Shown one piece after another: positions 59,084-64,000 of a stretch of 64,000 bases of DNA. Within the stretch, counting starts at the first letter, position 1. Each line of letters begins with the position of its first letter. The notes under the pieces are model-generated. The model made no database searches. It was not told where the DNA came from and worked only from the letters and a program-made list of their open reading frames with translations. A program made the translations under genes and the position numbers. This DNA is from a virus. Location: IMG/VR virus record IMGVR_UViG_3300025362_000007, positions 6,852 through 70,851 of that record, one strand, 5' to 3'.

Positions 59084-60313
59084 CTACTTACCTAAAAACT
59101 CAGGTGTATAATATACTATACTCATTAGTCCTTTAGTTTTATGCCACACAAACGCTTGAGCACGTCTATTACCAGAAAATCCTTTGGAATATTCCCAATC
59201 ACTTCTTTGTGCTAAACTAGGTATAGTACGTATAATTACACTCCCAAAATCTTCTACTAATTTTTCTTGGTGAAGGTGTGCTGTATGAAATTCTACGTTT
59301 GTACATTGAGACATATACTCCCTCATTTCACTTTGATAGACATGCCTTAACTGTTTAGCATCCTTATCCCCATGACTCCACCCTATTAAATTAATTCCAT
59401 ACACCTTATATTTTCTTAATGTAGGGGCGTTATCAATAATAACTTGTTCTACATCTCTATACCATGCTTCTAAATATGTCCCAAGATAATAAATCCTTTG
59501 TGTATCATGATTCCCAGGAACAATCTTTATTTCTACTTTATACCCTTTGCTTCTCCAAAACTCTATGGCTTGTACGGAGGCATCGCACCCCTTGCTAAAG
59601 GATCGTTGCCATCGACCATCTTCCATCTGAGGTGTGCCTTTAGTAGTTTCATTAATATTAGAATCAACATTATAAAAGTCGTTACCAATGGGTATAAGTA
59701 CAGTATCTACATCTAAATGTTTGTGCCTATCATAAAAATACTGGTGGGCTTTAATCCACTCTTTTACCGCTATATTTACATCATAAGGAGCGCCTGTCTC
59801 TTTTCCCCACGCTAATCTACCAAGGTGCAAATCAGAAATAGTCACTTCTAAAAGAACCTCGCCTACTTCCCCCTTATACTCTTGTAATTTAACTGGTTTA
59901 TAATTTTTTAAATTCTCTTCTAAAGTTTTCAACACCATTCCCGGTGTAATCCCTTTACTTCGTTGCCACTTAACTTTGAACTGCCAAGAGGGGCTTTCGT
60001 CACTTCCCCACTGATTTGTAGTTATACTACTCGCTTCCCATATATTTATATCTATATCACAATACTCAGCCATTTGTTTTGCTGTAGTGAACCTATCAGA
60101 AGAAACTATCGTAGCTTCTATAGTATCTTTTTGCTCTATCTTCTGCACTACCTTCACTTCCTCAACTTTCTTTCCCCTGCCCTTTAATTCTGATTTGTAG
60201 CGTTTAATAGTGTTCTCTGTTAAATTTAATATTTTACAAGCCTGTTCAACCCCATTTTCATTAGTAAAATCCACAACTGTCTTTAAACGATCAGTTGGTA
60301 TATTTTGAATCAT
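59084..60313 (-). CDS. Metallophosphoesterase with N-terminal HTH-like region
   Basis: SDLHLG, GND, PGNHD, HGD, AHLH. Confidence 0.8.
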   Translation of the reverse strand: MIQNIPTDRLKTVVDFTNENGVEQACKILNLTENTIKRYKSELKGRGKKVEEVKVVQKIEQKDTIEATIVSSDRFTTAKQMAEYCDIDINIWEASSITTNQWGSDESPSWQFKVKWQRSKGITPGMVLKTLEENLKNYKPVKLQEYKGEVGEVLLEVTISDLHLGRLAWGKETGAPYDVNIAVKEWIKAHQYFYDRHKHLDVDTVLIPIGNDFYNVDSNINETTKGTPQMEDGRWQRSFSKGCDASVQAIEFWRSKGYKVEIKIVPGNHDTQRIYYLGTYLEAWYRDVEQVIIDNAPTLRKYKVYGINLIGWSHGDKDAKQLRHVYQSEMREYMSQCTNVEFHTAHLHQEKLVEDFGSVIIRTIPSLAQRSDWEYSKGFSGNRRAQAFVWHKTKGLMSIVYYTPEFLGK

Positions 60314-60599
60314 AATTTCTCCTTAACTTTATCACAGCCTTCTTGGCTGCGTATTCAATAGTTTCTCCATTCCTGATAAACATAAAATATTCCTCAGATA
60401 TATCCTGCTCTAATCTGTGAATCACAAACGGCACTGACAATACTTCCTTACCATAAAAAGAAGCCAACAATACCCAATTAACAAAATCTAAGTAGTAATG
60501 TTCACCACGCTCATACCGTACAACCTTAATCTCAGGTATGTTTAAATAATGAGCTACTTGTAATGTTGTCCATCTTTTTTTAGTGCGTTTATTGTCCAT
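60291..60599 (-). CDS. HTH-like DNA-binding protein
   Basis: WTTLQVAHYLNIPEIKVVRYERG. Confidence 0.55.
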   Translation of the reverse strand: MDNKRTKKRWTTLQVAHYLNIPEIKVVRYERGEHYYLDFVNWVLLASFYGKEVLSVPFVIHRLEQDISEEYFMFIRNGETIEYAAKKAVIKLRRNYDSKYTN

Positions 60600-60774
60600 T
60601 TCTTCCCTTATATTTTGTAAAGCCACTGACTTTATACAGGGTAGTTGTGCCACCATAGATAATACGGTGCATTTGATACCCACACTTATCACACATAATA
60701 AGAGGTTCTTCTTTTATAGAATGTTGAACTTCTTTTACTTCGTCACAATTTATACATTTATAATCATAAACCAT
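60589..60774 (-). CDS. FmdB-family zinc-ribbon protein
   Basis: YDYKCINC...CDKCG...YKVSGF; AGGAG RBS. Confidence 0.8.
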   Translation of the reverse strand: MVYDYKCINCDEVKEVQHSIKEEPLIMCDKCGYQMHRIIYGGTTTLYKVSGFTKYKGRNGQ

Positions 60775-60900
60775 TTGCTACTCCTATGAATATATATTAA
60801 CACTTTATACATAGAAACTCTATAGAGTGACTTACGGGGTAATCGCTACATATTACGATATAATCCCTTATTACCAACATAATTCGCAATAAATTACGAC

Positions 60901-60988
60901 TCAACCCTACAGATTAGAAGGTTTCAACCCTACAGATTAGAAGGTTTCAACCCTACAGATTAGAAGGTTTCAACCCTACAGATTAGAA
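60901..60988. repeat. Perfect 23-bp tandem repeat, 3 full copies plus 19 bp
   Basis: (TCAACCCTACAGATTAGAAGGTT)x3 + TCAACCCTACAGATTAGAA. Confidence 0.95.
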
Positions 60989-61084
60989 AAACCGCCAATG
61001 TTAAACTGACGGTTTATATAAAATACTATTATAGAACTCTATAGTAAAAATCACCTATATAGTTCTCATTCATATCAATTGCTT

Positions 61085-61414
61085 TTACCATGGAACGTCC
61101 TCCTCATTGTGAATTGACATGTACCCTTGTTTCCATAGGGGAACTTCTCTCCATAGATTAAGTGTAGTCATTGCATGCACCACCCAAAAAATGAAAATTG
61201 ACATCAAGAAAGTAGAAATCCCAAAACCAAAAGCCACATCAATCTCAACTCTCTCTTCCCTAACCATTATTAGCATACTTATAATTCCTGTTGATAAAAG
61301 AACAAGCAACAAAACTAGTCCTATAAACTTATAGATTCTAAATTGCCTGTAGTTTTCCAATATCCATTTCTTATTTCCTTCAACGAATACTTTCTCATTT
61401 GAAACTTTTTTCAT
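61085..61414 (-). CDS. Membrane protein, two TM helices
   Basis: Two hydrophobic segments; AAGGAGTAGAA RBS. Confidence 0.65.
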   Translation of the reverse strand: MKKVSNEKVFVEGNKKWILENYRQFRIYKFIGLVLLLVLLSTGIISMLIMVREERVEIDVAFGFGISTFLMSIFIFWVVHAMTTLNLWREVPLWKQGYMSIHNEEDVPW

Positions 61415-61417
61415 GTT

Positions 61418-61630
61418 CTACTCCTTTGATTCGTGAAAATAACTGTTTCTAAAAGTATTCCCCGAAATCATCATTGCAAAGTTTGCAATATTTGCTGACA
61501 TCAGCAAAATCGTAAGAATGGGGTGCTTCCACAATTCTTCTAATTCATTCATTATTCTACTTTTGTAAGTTGTTAAATCATCTCGCTCAGCTTCTAGTGC
61601 TTTTACCACTTTCTGACGTATTGTATCCAT
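61418..61630 (-). CDS. Hypothetical protein
   Basis: AGGAGTAGAA RBS. Confidence 0.55.
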   Translation of the reverse strand: MDTIRQKVVKALEAERDDLTTYKSRIMNELEELWKHPILTILLMSANIANFAMMISGNTFRNSYFHESKE

Positions 61631-61639
61631 CTTCTACTC

Positions 61640-62137
61640 CTACAAGTTGTGTCTTATTCCATACTCAGCCAACAACAACCCATCTCCATCTTTGTGCTTT
61701 TGAATTACATCAAAATGCTGAGGAAACAACCTCTGACTTACGCACTTAGATGATTGCTTCAAGTCCTTACTTCCTTTTATCCCTTCGCCCAACAATTCCT
61801 TCTGCCACTTCTTGCTGTCCTCGTACTGAATTGCAACCCCCAATCTTTCCAATACACACAACGTAGATTCCAATGAACGTACAGCCGAAATGGTGGCAGT
61901 GAACAATCCAGGATTCACCAATGGTCTCTCTAGTACTGCTATCGCATTGCTTAAGTCATATGTAGACAAAATACCATACAATGTTTCATGGTCTATCCTC
62001 GTAATGTTTTTTACTTTTTTTGTATACGACTGTTCTTTCATAGAGGGAGTCAGTATACAGTCGCATACCTTCCTATCTTTGGAAATGACACCAATCGTGC
62101 CTGTCGTGCCGTTGTCGATTCCTATGTACAATCTCAT
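61640..62137 (-). CDS. RuvC-like resolvase/nuclease
   Basis: YIGIDNG, VLE, KKWQK, DGLLLAEY. Confidence 0.8.
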   Translation of the reverse strand: MRLYIGIDNGTTGTIGVISKDRKVCDCILTPSMKEQSYTKKVKNITRIDHETLYGILSTYDLSNAIAVLERPLVNPGLFTATISAVRSLESTLCVLERLGVAIQYEDSKKWQKELLGEGIKGSKDLKQSSKCVSQRLFPQHFDVIQKHKDGDGLLLAEYGIRHNL

Positions 62138-62155
62138 TTCATTCTCCTCCTACCT

Positions 62156-62184
62156 ATCCTACACCACCTTTCGTTCTATGTCAA
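62156..62184 (-). promoter_or_regulatory. Sigma70-type promoter
   Basis: TTGACA-17-TAGGAT on the - strand. Confidence 0.65.
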
Positions 62185-62389
62185 TCCCATATCGGCAATT
62201 TATCATTTTTTTGCCGATATGGTTAACCAAACCAGTGAAACCTATATATTCAGTGAAACCACACAGATGCCAAGCACAGCCCCTAGTCCACCAAAACATA
62301 CAAACTATCTACTTGCTGTAGAAAGGCTACTGACGGACTTCACAGACCCCTTAGAAGCAAGCACAGCTTATAGATACAATCCCCACTAC

Positions 62390-63652
62390 TCATTGATCTG
62401 ATTTAATATTGTATATAGGGATAATTTCCTCCACTATATTTGCAATCTCTTTTATATGTGTATAAATTTCTTTTGGATTTTTATATGCTTGAGGAGCTTC
62501 ATCCAATGTAGCTTCGTTCACGCTAGTTGTCCACACATGTGCCATAGAATCTCTGTACTCATCCATACTTATATTTTTCTTAGCTTGGGTTCTCGAACTA
62601 ACCCTCCCAGCACCATGGGGAGCAGAATAATTCCAGTCATATAAATTACTATGGAACTTCCCTTTTACCAACAACATCCCTGCTCCCATATTCAACGCAA
62701 TAAGTGCGTAAGTATCTTCAAACAGTTGTACAGCCCCCTTTCTAATAATTGGCTCGTCCACATCCACATCCACATAGTTGTGCACACTTTCTACTACAAA
62801 CGCATGTAGTTTAACAAACAACAAACTTCCCATGATATGCTCTGCTATCTGAAATGCTATTGCCTTTCTATTGGCAGAGGCAAATAAATTAGCCACCCTC
62901 ATCGCCTCTATATACTCATCGTAGTATCTAGTTCCTTTTTCTAGATAAGCTAAATCTTTATCTATCACAGGACATTTAGCAGTAAATTCCTTCAACGCAT
63001 GTTCTATCTCTCTTTCTCTCCCCTGAGATTTCAATGTCGATATGAGTGCCTCTCTCTGTCCCTTTTTCCCCTTTAATGTTTCGTAAGCTTTATTTTGGTA
63101 GTAAGTAGCAATTCGATTACCAAAATTCCTCGACCCACTATGCACAAACAACCAACTATCTCCCTTACTGTCTTTCCCTATCTCGATGAAATGATTTCCA
63201 GATCCGAGTGTGCCAATGGAATATATATCTTTTTGTGTCTTCCCTGTTGTGTTCGTTAATTTATTTATACTGTGAATGCTATCTCTTAGACAATCCCTAC
63301 CTCCTACATAAGTATCTTCTATGAAAGACTCCCTTATATTTCTCCCCATAGGAATACTCTTTCGTATAAACTCATCGAGAACTTTAAAATCTATATCTAT
63401 CTTACCTAGATTAATACCTAGTATCCCACAATTACAATCTAAGCCAATCAAATTCGGCACAATTTTATCTGTCAGTTTTGCAGTATACCCAATTAGACAC
63501 CCTTTCCCTTGATGATGGTCGGGCATTATTCGTACATGAGAGTTCTCTGCCATAGGTTGAGCTAACAACTCCAACAACTGCTCTTTTTCATTTGCTTCCA
63601 ATTTGTCACTGTGTACTACAGCTGTTTCGTATTTCCCTTTTACTTTTATCAT
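62390..63652 (-). CDS. rtcB: RtcB RNA 2',3'-cyclic phosphate/5'-OH ligase
   Basis: MPDHH, DCNCG, GTLGSGNHFIE, HSGSR, HNY, RKGA, HGAGR, DEAPQAYK. Confidence 0.95.
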   Translation of the reverse strand: MIKVKGKYETAVVHSDKLEANEKEQLLELLAQPMAENSHVRIMPDHHQGKGCLIGYTAKLTDKIVPNLIGLDCNCGILGINLGKIDIDFKVLDEFIRKSIPMGRNIRESFIEDTYVGGRDCLRDSIHSINKLTNTTGKTQKDIYSIGTLGSGNHFIEIGKDSKGDSWLFVHSGSRNFGNRIATYYQNKAYETLKGKKGQREALISTLKSQGREREIEHALKEFTAKCPVIDKDLAYLEKGTRYYDEYIEAMRVANLFASANRKAIAFQIAEHIMGSLLFVKLHAFVVESVHNYVDVDVDEPIIRKGAVQLFEDTYALIALNMGAGMLLVKGKFHSNLYDWNYSAPHGAGRVSSRTQAKKNISMDEYRDSMAHVWTTSVNEATLDEAPQAYKNPKEIYTHIKEIANIVEEIIPIYNIKSDQ

Positions 63653-63669
63653 ACTTTACTCCTGTATCT

Positions 63670-63698
63670 ATTCTACACCATACCAAAAAGATTGTCAA
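63670..63698 (-). promoter_or_regulatory. Sigma70-type promoter for rtcB
   Basis: TTGACA-17-TAGAAT on the - strand. Confidence 0.7.
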
Positions 63699-64000
63699 CA
63701 ACTATTCTAAATGTGTAGGAAGCCTGCCACTGCATCTTTTGGTGTAAAAGGTAAACTTGTACCACTATACTAGAAAGATTGGCTGAGCGAGCTTACAGGG
63801 GACTGTATAAGGTATGTTTCACTACTTATGCTAGTTTCACCCGCTTAGAAACAACACTAATTCGGTGAAACATATGATTTTTAATTTTTTTACTTAGGAT
63901 TAGTGAAAAGTATACACAGAGAAGTATAGGGGGGGGCATAGAGAGATGTAGGAAAGATATATAGAAAGTACAAAGACAAGGGAAACCAGACTAGATAAAG

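Noticed and set aside
60901-60988. CRISPR array
   Set aside because: Repeats are head-to-tail with no spacers, and there are no cas genes

Overview
A 64-kb AT-rich segment of a tailed dsDNA phage with siphovirus-type tail genes; no integrase is seen in the window. The + strand arm (1-31160) encodes a family A DNA polymerase with a mini-intein, a PAPS-reductase-like protein, five DNA methyltransferase genes (one broken), dNMP kinase, a clamp-loader-like ATPase, a Pif1-like helicase, UvsY/SSB/RecA-like proteins, a resolvase, a split SbcCD and MazG. The - strand arm (31138-63652) encodes tail, head, portal, a terminase with a class 3 intein, a GIY-YIG endonuclease, a RuvC-like nuclease and RtcB. 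The most unusual content is non-coding. (i) A promoter-driven, ~475-nt, densely paired RNA with complementary ends lies at 9830-10304. (ii) An array of five tRNA-shaped RNAs at 13089-13906 has replaced or non-canonical anticodon arms, and four of them carry the same 5' leader hairpin. (iii) Four canonical tRNAs follow, with atypical and truncated ones. (iv) A 78-nt tmRNA tRNA-like-domain-only gene lies at 17369-17446. An IS607/TnpB element sits between the tRNA cluster and the mini-tmRNA. All calls come from reading motifs and base-pairing by eye; no database search or folding program was run.
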